DNA of 64,000 nt, from assembly GCF_009914755.1 (NCBI RefSeq), contig NC_060937.1, one strand, 5' to 3'. The notes under the pieces were generated by a model, which was not told where the DNA came from, made no database searches, and saw only the letters and a program-made list of their open reading frames with translations. Below, piece after piece: positions 1 through 11,557 of this stretch. This DNA comes from the human T2T-CHM13v2.0 reference genome, Homo sapiens. Position numbers and translations under genes: made by a program. Position 1 is the first letter of the stretch. Every line of letters starts with the position of its first letter.

Positions 1-977
1 TTCATGATGAAGAACCCAAAAGCAAATGCAACAAAAACAAAGATAAATAGATGGGACATAATAAATAAAGAGCTTCTGCAGAGCAAAAGAAATAATCAGT
101 AGAGTAAAGAGAGTGGGAGAAAATATTCACAAACTATGCATTTGATCAAGTACTAATATCCAGAATCTACAAGTACTCAAATCAGCAAGGAAAAAAAATA
201 AATAAATAATTGCATCAGAAAGTGGCCTAAGGTCATGAATAGGTAATTCCCAAAAAAAGATATACAAATGGCCAAAAAACATACAAAAAAAGTTCATCAT
301 CACTAATGATCAGGGAAATGCAAATTAAAACCACAATAAGATACAATCTTACTCCTACATGAATTGCAGTAGTAAAAAATTTAAAAAATCATAGATGTTT
401 GTGTGGATGTGGTGAAAAGGGAACACTTTTACACTGCTGGTGGTAATGTAAATGAGAACAAGCACTACGGAAAACAGTGTGGAGATTCCTTAAATAAGTA
501 AAAGTGGATCTACAATTTGATCCAGTATTCCCACTACTTGGTATCTACCCAGAGGAAAAGAAGCCATTATATAAAAAAATACTAGCACATGCATGTGTAT
601 AACAGTACAATTTTCAATTGCAAAAATATGGGTCCAGGCTAAATTCCCATCGACCAATGAGTGAATACATAAATATACAACAGAATACTACCTGCCGTAA
701 AAGGGAATGAAATAATTGCATTCAGAGCAACCTGGATGTAGTTGGAGATGATTATTCTAAGTGAAGTAATTCAGGATTGGAAAACCAAACATCGGATGTT
801 CTCACTTATAAGTGGGAGCTAAGCTATGAAGACACGAAGGTATAAGAATGATATAATGGACTCTGGGGATTCTGGGAGAAGAATGGGAGGGGAGTGAAGG
901 ATAAAAGACAACACATTGGGTACAGAGTATGCTGCTTGGGTGATGGGCGCACTAAAATCTCAGAAATCACCACTAAA
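1..977 (+). mobile_element. L1 (L1PB-like) 3' portion: end of ORF2 and 3' UTR, last ~60 nt and tail missing
   Basis: AAGAACCCAAAAGCAAATGCAACAAAAACAAAGATAAATAGATGGGAC at the start; 3' UTR GGGAGCTAAGCTATGAAGAC...AAAATCTCAGAAATCACCACTAAA matches the L1PB-type end. Confidence 0.85.
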
Positions 978-987
978 CCACCACTAA

Positions 988-1695
988 GGCAATCTGCAGA
1001 TTCAACGCAATCCTTATCAAAATACCAATGACGTTCTTCACAGAAATAGAAAAAAACTATTCTAAAATGTATATGGAATCACCAAAAACCCAGAAAAACC
1101 AAAGCTATCCTGAGCAAAAGAATGAAAATGGAGGAATTGCTTTACCTGACTAAATTATACTACAAAGCTATTGGATACTAATCAGCAATAATTAAGAATG
1201 AGATCCTGTCATTTGCAAAAACATGGATGGACCTGGAGGTTATTATGTTAAGCGAAATAAATCAGACACACAAAGACAAACTTTGCATGTTCTCACTTAC
1301 TTGTGGGATGTAAAAAATCAAAACAATTAAACCCATTTTGATCAAGAGTAGGTTGGTTACCAGAGAGACTGCAAAGGGTAGTGGAGGGTGGGAGGAAAGT
1401 GGTGATAGTTAATGGGTGCAAAATTAAAATAGTTAGAATTAATGAATAAGACCTAATATTTGATGGCACGATGGGGTGATTATAGTCAAGAATAATTTAA
1501 TTGTACATTTAAAAATTACTAAAATAATATAATTGTATTGTTTGTAACACAAAGTATAAATGCTTGAGGGGCTGAATACCCCATTGTCCATGATGTGATT
1601 ATTATGCATTGCATGCCTGTATCAGGGTGTGTCATATATCCCATTAATATATACACCTACTATGTACCCACAATAATTAAAAATAAAATAAAACT
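988..1695 (+). mobile_element. L1MA (L1MA1/2-like): short ORF2 piece joined by an internal deletion to the 3' UTR and tail
   Basis: GCAATCTGCAGATTCAACGCAATCC (ORF2) jumps near 1170 to AAGAATGAGATCCTGTCATTTGC; ends TATACACCTACTATGTACCCACAATAATTAAAAATAAAA. Confidence 0.8.
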
Positions 1696-2329
1696 GAAAA
1701 AGTTTTTCTTTCAATGTAAGAAGTAATGCCTCTTGTCCATTATAAAAATGCATAGATAAAATAATATTTTAATGTATAGGTTATTCAGGAAGACACACTA
1801 ATAAACATTATGGTAGAAATTTTAACAGATTAGTGAATCACTGCAGGAATTGAAGAAGTGTCCTACAAGTTTGTTTCTCAATAAATTTTACAGATATGAT
1901 TTTTTAAGATAGCAATTTGGTTTAATTGTTGATGAAATGTTATTGGTAAAACATTTTTTCATAATATTTTACAAATGCATTTTAGATTCCAGTTGCATAT
2001 AATTATGTCTATACATAAATTACAAAAAATATAGATGTTATTCCTAATCAAAGCTCATAGAATGGTTTCTGCCACACAGTAAACATTCAAAATCTTAATA
2101 AATGTTTAATTAATGAATAAATTAATAAAAAAGTCAATAAACATAGACATTTTCAAATTTCCAAAAATACTACTAATTTATTCATAATACAAAGACAAAT
2201 CAACAGATGACTCTTTTTGAGGTAAATTAATCAGGTAAGATGGTTTTTCGAAAGAAATTATTTGGTGATTGTAGAGCAAGAGGTTTCATATTGTGCATGT
2301 AGTATTTTGTCTCCAAATTTGTAGTTCTT

Positions 2330-2470
2330 TCCATTCATTTATTGATTTATTTGTTCATTTAACAAATGCTTGTTAAATGCCTATTATGGCATAATAAATG
2401 TGCGAGGCATGGCCATGGAATGAATAAAATTGTAAGCTTTGCCCCGTGCCTCAAAGTATCTAAATATATT
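2330..2470 (-). mobile_element. L2 3' fragment
   Basis: CATTCATTT...TTCATTTAACAAATGCTTGTTAAATGCCTATTATG resembles the reverse-complemented L2 tail. Confidence 0.5.
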
Positions 2471-4814
2471 GGCAAATACAGAGGCATCAAGAGGAACATT
2501 TGAACTCCAAGTTAAATAGTAACAACAATTAATCCCAAGAGAGTACTTTATAAACCCAAATGGTATTTTATGTATGTACAATTTACTGGTTGTCTGTTCA
2601 AATCATTTTCTCATGGTGGTTACTTCTAGTGCAGAAACCAAATTAGATGAGAAATTGCTAATCATCTAGTTCAAGTAAATGGAACTGGATAATCTTAAGG
2701 GATGCTTTCATCGTGCTGTGGGTTTGAAAAAAATTATTCTGAAGAATAATTTCAGTCTAAATAACTCTGTACATTAACTAAATATTCATTAAATATATAC
2801 TATTCATAGCAAAACATTTTATTATTAGCAGTGTCAAATTGGTGCTCCCTCTCCTTGAGATTATGATTGACAATAATGAACCTACTCTTTATTTATTCTT
2901 CAACAAATGTATCACCCTTTATGAGCCACTCTGTAAGGTGAAGAGGGATGTCCTGATAGAAAAGACAGACAGCTTGGACATCAATATTCTTACACATTTA
3001 CTTTAGCATAATATATGTTTCTGCCATTATAGTCTTTGGCCATGAACAAAACTGGCTAAAATGTTCAGCTATGTATTTTATCTTAGCATTATTTGATTCC
3101 TTGAACACTTAAAGAAATATTAGAAGAGTTTGTCTCCAACAATCTGCATATGATATTTTAATTATAAACTAGTAAGTAAAAAGTTAAACTATAAAAACAT
3201 GTATCTTACCAAATAGATGCACACAATTCTATTGGTTCTTTTTATACTAAAAAACATATCTTGCAAGAAGATCTCATATGCTTTTTCTTAGAATCCATTA
3301 CAGTAAAGAAAGTTTTTTGTTATTTGATTTTAAAATGAGGTGAGAGTCTTTGTTGCAAGAAGTCTGTTCCCAGCTAACAGACAGAAACTTAGACACAGGT
3401 ATTATTTCTTCAGCTGAAATATGTATGGAAAGTATTCATAGCACAAATAATATTTTAAAATGTTCCATTCTATTCAGGGAATAAAAATTTACACCTGGGA
3501 TTGTATACATTTTTTGTAAATATTCTTATATATCATAATATTTTAATTATAAAATATTTAATAAAATACAATAGACTATGTAAAGTTTATAGAGTTTTGT
3601 TATTTATTTTATTTTTTCTGGTTGAAACTTGAAAATAATATTAGATAATTTTTATTCAGTCTCTTCTGTTTCTTGCTCAGGTTTCTTAGATAGATGCTTG
3701 TGTAAGATCTTGGGGAATTGATCACATCTGCACTGTCAAAGAAAAGCTTATATGAGTTTTGCACAAAATCAGATGCTGGAAATCTGTAAAAGAAAATCAA
3801 TGATAGTTTACCTTTTTTCTCATTACAAAATCTTGGCCTATTATAGGCATATATAAAACTTAATGTATTTGGTATTCTCCATGATAGCCGCAGCTATTCC
3901 ATATTACGTTTATGTACATATTATGTTTATAGATATGTGGAATTATTTAAGAATAGGAAATTTACTGACAAAGAGATATATTAATTGGGAGGTTTTATTT
4001 CTTCTCCAGTTGCTGGTTGAATTTAGCATTAAAAAATACAAGAAATAAATCATAAATCATCTTCCATGAAACTGAAGCTGTAGCTTTTCAAGCATTAAAT
4101 AAGAAAAAGTTCATTGTGTCTTTCAGTACATGGACAGAAAATCACACAGGGAAAATTCTTTTAGAGGCTCTGATATGCGTAAACCCAGTGGAAAAGCCAC
4201 TTTAATCTCCTTAGCTTTTACAGAATCTTCTTGATTTCTACATACATTTCTTGCTTTGTGTTTGGATTTTATGTCTTACAGTGATGACCCTCCCTGTTTT
4301 CATTACCTAGAAAAATACAGTAGGTATTGCATCAATTGTCTAGACAGTGTATAATAAAAATAATGTTAGAAATGTCCTAAATAATTTTAGTGACTCACTG
4401 TAGTATTCAGTTATAGAACAAAAATATACACAATTATAAATATCAATAATATGAATGGTTTGTCAGTGGAGGATATTTTTATTTTGCACAGAAAATAACT
4501 AGCAAATTGCATAAACTCAGTGTTTAAATTTATACTCTGGACATTTATGTATTCATATATATCGCTAAAGTACTTTTATGCATAAACTATATATAGATTA
4601 TATGTTTATAGATGTTCTTATGCATATGCAGATGCATATTCATATGCATGTCCATATATACTCATACATATTTGTGTGTGTATATATGTGAGTATGCAAG
4701 TGTAGATTTATTATACAGTATTACATGTAGTGTAACACGTATATACTTACATTTAAAACAAAATTACATAGACAGATACAATTAGGAAAATTCATTTATT
4801 ATGTTGTAAATGTA

Positions 4815-5035
4815 AAGCTTTGTCTTTGAAGTAGGGTCCAGAATCTTACCACTGGCTAGCTCTGTATCTTTGATCAAGTTACCTAATCTTTATAAACCTG
4901 TTTCCTCTTCTGGAAAATGTGTATGATACAAATCTATGTCCTTCAGAGTTTGCTATTGTAAGGATTAAATAAGCTAACGAATGCAGAGAAGAAAACTGCA
5001 CAGTCTATTCTCATGGTAGATACTCAATTAACATT
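4815..5035 (+). mobile_element. MIR SINE
   Basis: Core TCTGTATCTTTGATCAAGTTACCTAATCTTT...CCTGTTTCCTCTTCTGGAAAATG, then GTAAGGATTAAATAAG and GGTAGATACTCAAT. Confidence 0.75.
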
Positions 5036-6741
5036 GAACACCACTCCTCCTTATTCCAATCCCTGTTTAATAGCATCACTTTCATTGGGAGAAATTATGT
5101 GCATTTGTGTAGAGAAGAGTCCAATTTAAAAGAAATTGCAAAAATGTGTGTCTTCTCATACAATGAAAAAATAACAAAATGACTCTGAAGAAATTATTTT
5201 CTTACTTTTTACCTCAGTCGGCTAAAAGGATATTATCTCTGAGCACAAGCTATTATTAACACCAACAATTGTTTTTATCTTTCTCTTAGTGTTTCAAATT
5301 ATCTGAAGTTATGCTTTAGGATGTATTCAAATACTTTAATCCATCTTCTGTGCTCATTATCCTTTTAGCTTCATACAACAATCATTTGGGTAGTTTGAGT
5401 TTCCAATTCACCAAACTGGCAAAGTGATGCTGTAATCAGTGTCCCCTCGATGCTAGTAAGACAGTTGCATTTCAACACCTCGCTGTTTGGGATCCTCTGC
5501 AGCTACTTATTATTGAGGAAAACTGCTCACAAGTCAATGTGGGGCAAAGGAATTTGTTCAGCCACTGATTTTTATACATTAATTTCTATACTAAATTGAA
5601 TACTAATTGACAATTTTACACAGTTCTTGGGCTTTTTTCTCAGTTTTTCTAATTCTCACAAGCATGAGTTTGGACAGTACGGTGCGTAGAATCCTAGTCA
5701 ACACGTATATTTCTTTTATATGTTGTAACCGAAAGAAGAAGGGGTTAATGTTTTTTAATCCCAGCTGAGGTAATGCTCTACTATCCTCTTATCTTTGAGT
5801 TATTTATTAATAATTGTTAATTTTTATCGTTATTCATTTATCTAACATTAAACAAACATTACATGAGTACTAACTATGTTAATATGACCCAGTCACTGTT
5901 ATATGTGTTAATATAACTACTCACATTCCTCATGGAGAAATAAATTAATAATAATGTTTACCAATTCATTCCTAAGTGTTTATGTCTATACAGTACAACC
6001 AACAAGCACCATAAAAACTTTGCTGAAATGGTATGTCCAGGTTTTCAATGTTATTGTTTCTCTGCTGAGTTAGATGATTGTCTCAGATATGAGTAGGGAT
6101 GGGCTAATAATTGTATAACATTTAGAAGATTCACTTATTTGATATTACTTCCCTTGCTAAGCTGTGTCTTTTAAAAATTAATATTAAAAATATATATGAA
6201 AAACAAGGAACATGCCCTATAAAACAGAATAGAATTGATAGATACAGTTAACTCTAGTAGTATCTAAAGTTGTAGTCAGTTCAGTCCTCATATTTGGACA
6301 GGTTTTTGGTGACACAAAAGATGGGAAAATGGCAGGTCTACCCTGCAGTGCTCATGTCTTTAATACCAACTGCTACCTATTCTGATTTTATGTTTTGATG
6401 TTTCACATGATAGTTGTTTTGGAAATGTGTTTTACCACAAATAGTTGACAGCCATTGATCTAATCATTATTACAACTAACTGATATTACTATATGTTATT
6501 TTATCTTATAGAATATATCTAGTTTATAAACTGAACTATTGTTGGGTTTGACAATAATACTCTCATGAATTTTATTGATAGAAAATGAGTCAGTGTGTAA
6601 GAAAGTGAGGTAGAACATAACTGAACGATATTGCTGTAATCATCAAACTCAAGCGGTATATGCCATATGTAAAATTAGTCAACACTTTGTATTAGCTCAT
6701 ATTTTCATATTTCCTAAAACAGTGCTAACTAAATATATACA

Positions 6742-7075
6742 TTTTAATAGTCTTTATTTTTAGAGCAGTTTTAGGTTTACAGCAAAACTTAATGGAATGT
6801 ACGGAGATTTCCCATATACTCTCCCCTGACACATGTCTAGCCCCATTATCAACATCCCCCACCAGTGTGACGTGTTTGTCACAATTGGTAAATTTCACTG
6901 ACACATTATTATCACACAAAGTCTGAAGTTTACATTCAAGTTCACTCTTCGTATTGTACATTTTGGGTGCTTAGACAAATGCATAATGACCTGTGTCCGC
7001 CATTATATTATGATACAGAGTAGTTTCACTACTCTAATAATCCTCTGTGCTCTATTCATACTCACTTCTCTCTGA
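6742..7075 (-). mobile_element. L1MC 3' end
   Basis: TTTATTTTTAGAGCAGTTTTAGGTTTACAGCAAAACT...GAGATTTCCCATATAC is the antisense L1MC1-type terminus. Confidence 0.8.
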
Positions 7076-7145
7076 AAACAACTACAGTTCATGTATCTCG
7101 ATCTGTTAATTTATTGGTTTCACGTAAATTGAAAAAAAAAATTCA

Positions 7146-7488
<343 letters not shown>

Positions 7489-7499
7489 TTACAGCATAC

Positions 7500-7600
7500 T
7501 TAGCAGCCCAGTGAGTTATTATCATTTATCACAAAGGAAGAAATTGAGCCATTAAGAGCTCAGTTAACTTTCCCAAGGTCACAGAACTAGATAAATGATT
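7500..7600 (-). mobile_element. MIR fragment
   Basis: GAAGAAATTGAGCC...GTTAACTTTCCCAAGGTCACAGAACTAG is the antisense MIR core. Confidence 0.65.
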
Positions 7601-7842
7601 CTGGTTTCCTTCAGTAAATTATAATGTCTCCTGAAACATTTTCAATACATTTATCATGGTGTTTCATGAAAGTGCTTGAAGTCCATAAATGTTCATGACT
7701 GACTAATCTACAAGTGGAGCTGATCATAGCAACTCTAACCCAGTAAGATTAGCGTGTTTTCCTAATTATATTTTTTCAGTCGTAATAAAATGGTACAGAA
7801 AATATAATGTTTAATTAAATTGAACTCTATTTTTTTTGAAAA

Positions 7843-10800
7843 AACTTTCAATATCAATTGACAGCTTATAACTATAAATTTATGAGGTACAAAGTGATGT
7901 TATGATTTATGCAAGCAAAGTGGAATAATTAAATTAAGCTACTTAACATATCCATCATCTCAAAATACTTAACTTTTTTTGTAGTGAGATAATCTGAAAC
8001 TTACTATCTTAGCAATTTGAAATGTACAATATTCTATTATTAACTATATTCACTATGCTATTCAATAGACCTAAAAAAATAAGTGTTTCCTGTCTAAATG
8101 AGATTTTTGTACCCTTCAACCATTCTCTCTCCATTTCCTCCACACTTCAGCCTCTGTAACCAACATTTTACTCTGTCTTGCTGTTTGATTATTTTAGGTT
8201 CCACATATAAGTGAGAACATGTGGTTTTTGTCTTTCTGTGCCTGGTTTATTTCACTTAGCACACTGTTCTCCAGTTGAATCAATGCGTCGCAAATGACAG
8301 AATTCCCATCTCTTTTAAAAGCTGAATAGTATTATGTTGTATATATCAACCACATTTTCTATATCTATTCATCAGTGGATAAACATTTAGATTGATTCCA
8401 TATCTTGGCAATTGTGTATAATACTGCAGTAAACACAAGAGTGCAGACATCACTTCTACAAACTGATTTCAAATCTTTTTGGTAATACCTAGAAGTGAGA
8501 TTTCTGGATGATATAGGAATTCTATTTTTAGTTTTTGAGTAATCTTTATACAGTTTTCTATAATGGTTGTACAAATTTACATCCATACCAACAACATGCA
8601 AGGATTCTCTTTTCTTCACATCCTCGCCAACTGTTGTAAACTTTCACCTTTTGATTACAGCCATTCTGACAGGTATGGAATGATACCTCCCTGTGGTTTT
8701 AATATGTATTTCCTTAATGATTAGTGATGTTGAGTATTTTTTCATACATGTGTTGGCCATTTGTATGTCTCCTTTTAAGAAATATCTATTTAGATTTCCT
8801 GTCCATTTTTATTTATTTATTTTTGCTATTGAGTTGTTTAAGCTCCTTATATATTTTGAATATTAATCCCTTATGAGATGTATGGATTGCAGATATTTTC
8901 TCCCAGTTATAAAGTTGCCTGTACACATTGTTAATTGCATTCTTTATTGTGCAGAAGCTTTTTAGTTTGGAACAAATCCATTTGCTTTTATATGCTTTTG
9001 TTGTCTGTATTTTTGGGGTCAAATTCAAAGCATTATTGCCCATATCAATGTTGTATAGTTTTTCCGTATGTTTTCTTCTAGTAATTTTATATTATCTGGT
9101 TAAGTCTTTAATCCATTTTTAGTTGATTTTTGTACACAGTATGAGATAAGGGCTCAATTTTATTCTTCTGCGTATGGATATGTAGTTTTCCCAACACCAT
9201 TTATTGAAGACTATGCTTTTCCAATTGTGAATCCTTGAAATTTTTGGCAAAATTCAATTGACTATACATGTGTGGAATCATTTCTGGGCTTTCTATTCTT
9301 TGTCATTGGTCAATGTGTCCATTTTTTTTAACAGTACTGTGCTGTTTTAATTACTATTGCTTTGTAGTATAGTTTCAAATTAGAAAGTATGATACCTCCA
9401 GCTTTGTTCATTTGTTTTTTGTTCTTCATTGTCTTGCTTATTTGGGATTTATTTGTGGTCCCATACAAAAAATTACATTGAAATTTTGTTAGGAATTGCA
9501 TAGAATCTGTAGATTGGGGTAGTATGTACATATTAACAATATTAATTCTGCCAATCTATAATCACAGGAGAGCTTTCCATTTATTTGTGTCTCCTTCAAT
9601 TTCTATAATCAATGCTTTATAGTTTTCAGCATATAGTTACTTCACCTCTTTGGTTAAATGTACACCTAAGTTTGTATGTATGTGTTTATTTGTAGCTAAT
9701 GTAAATGATCTTGTTCTCTTGAATTTTTTCTTCAGATAGTTTATTGCTACTCATTTTTGTGTGTTACTTTTTGTTAGGCAACTTTACTATCTTTTTATTA
9801 TATCTAAAAGTTTTTTAGTGAAGTCTGTAAGGTTTTATATATAAGATAATATCTTTAGCAAACTGATAATTTCACTGCTTCCTTTTATATTTGGATGTCT
9901 TTTATTTATTTATCTTGCCTAATTACTCTGGCAAGAGCTTCTAACAATATGTTAAACAGAAACCAGAATTGTCATCCTTATCTTGTTCCAAACTAGTTTC
10001 ACTTTTCTTTTTTCTTTTTTTGATATTTTTATGTGAATGTTCTCTCAATTATTCTTTTTTGTTTGTTTTCTTTAAGTTCTGAGATAAAGTGCAGAACATA
10101 TAGGTTTGTTACATAGGTATATGTGTGCCATGGTGGTTTGCTGCACCTGTCGACCCATCTTCTAAGTTCCCTCCCCTAGCCCCCTACCCCGCAACAGATC
10201 CTGGCATGTGTTATTCTCCTCCCTGTGTCCATATATTCTCATTGGTCAACTCCCACTTGTGAGTGAGAACATGCAATGTTCGGTTTTCTGTTCCTGTGTG
10301 AGTTTGCTGAGGATGATGGCTTCCAGCTTCATCCATGTCCCTGCAAAGAACATGATCTCATTTCTTTTTATGGCTGCATACTATTCCATGGTATATATGT
10401 ACCACATTTTCTTTATCCAGTCTATCATTGATGGGCATTCGGGTTGGTTCCATGTCTTTGTTATTACAAATAGTGCTGCGATAAACATACGTGTGCACGT
10501 ATCTTTATAGTAGAATGATTTATGTTCCTTTGGGTATATACCCAGTAATGGGATTGCTGGGTCAAATGGTATTTCTGGTTCTAGATCCTTAAGGAATCAC
10601 CATACTGTCTTTCACAATGGTTGAACTAATTTACATTCACACCAACAGTATAAAAGCGGGTTTCACTTTTCACCATTGAATATAATATTAGCTGTAGGCT
10701 TCTAATCTTTATTGTGTTGAGGTAACATCTTTATACACCTAATTTAATGAGTGACATTTTTTTTGAAAGGAGGTTAAATTTGTCAAATGCTTTTTCTGCA

Positions 10801-11015
10801 TCTAATGAGATTATCATGTGGTTTTCTTCTTTCTGTTAATGTGATGTATCTCATATATTGATTTGTGTATGGTGAACCATCTTTACATCCCAAGAGTAAA
10901 TCCCACTGAATCATGGTGGAAGATCCTTTAATGTGTTGCCAGATTCAGTTTGCTAGTATTTTGCAGAGGATTTTTGCACCTATGTTTATCAAGAATATTG
11001 GCCTAAGGTTTTCTT
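7843..11015 (-). mobile_element. L1MA (L1MA5/6-like) 3' UTR and ORF2 3' part, interrupted by a younger L1PA at 10008-10659
   Basis: Antisense L1MA 3' UTR from ~7850; minus-strand ORFs 8365-8619, 8813-9043 and 9328-9531 are degenerate ORF2p C-terminal fragments (e.g. NKAGGIILSNLKLYYKAIVIKTA). Confidence 0.9.
10008..10659 (-). mobile_element. 5'-truncated L1PA (L1PA8/8A-like) with 12-bp TSD and an extra 3' segment
   Basis: Antisense L1PA 3' UTR TTTAAGTTCTGAGATA...; TSD GTTTCACTTTTC at 9996-10007 and 10660-10671. Confidence 0.9.
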
Positions 11016-11463
11016 TTTTTTTTTTGAAAAGGGAGAAAAAAAATGAATTTCAAAGCATCTTTGTGATGTTAATAATAAAGACAAAGTAGTTGTGAAATCG
11101 CATATGTGATTTTAATTCTATTAAGCTCATTATTAAAATACATAAAAGGGATGAGAAAATGTCAGAGGAGATGTAATTTTCAGATTATGGTGGTATGCTA
11201 TTTCTATTAAGAAAGAGCTGGTAGATGGTATAGAAATAATTACAACTTCAACATTAGGCATGTGTATGCCCCAACTGCCAAGAAACTCTTCTAATTTTGG
11301 CCATTTTCTTACAATAAATACAGGAATATGTTTAAATAAATACTTGTGCCACCTCTAGAAATATCTTGGCCGATGCAGATGGAACCTGCCCATTTTGTGC
11401 ATTCAAATATACCATAGAATGTTTACTGTGTATTCTAATTTGTTTTTGTTGTTGTACTCTCAG

Positions 11464-11557
11464 GTGTTAAGCATGTTTTAAGAGAAAGACAATCCTATGT
11501 ATGCAATTTTTCTTGGGATGTAATGTCATGTTTTACTTCAGAGCTGTGGTTGGGAAG
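11464..11557 (+). other. Candidate 94-nt internal exon (probably non-coding transcript)
   Basis: Branch-like TTCTAAT, T-rich tract, CTCTCAG|G acceptor and GAAG|GTAAGA donor in non-repeat sequence; no expression evidence available. Confidence 0.3.

Noticed and set aside
10208-10510. 100-aa hydrophobic ORF (similar one at 50525-50707)
   Set aside because: Antisense reading of the L1PA 3' end, shared by many genomic copies.
7830-11030. TTTTTTTTGAAAA at both ends of the L1MA as a TSD
   Set aside because: Low-complexity match whose polarity does not fit an antisense TPRT insertion well; may be chance.
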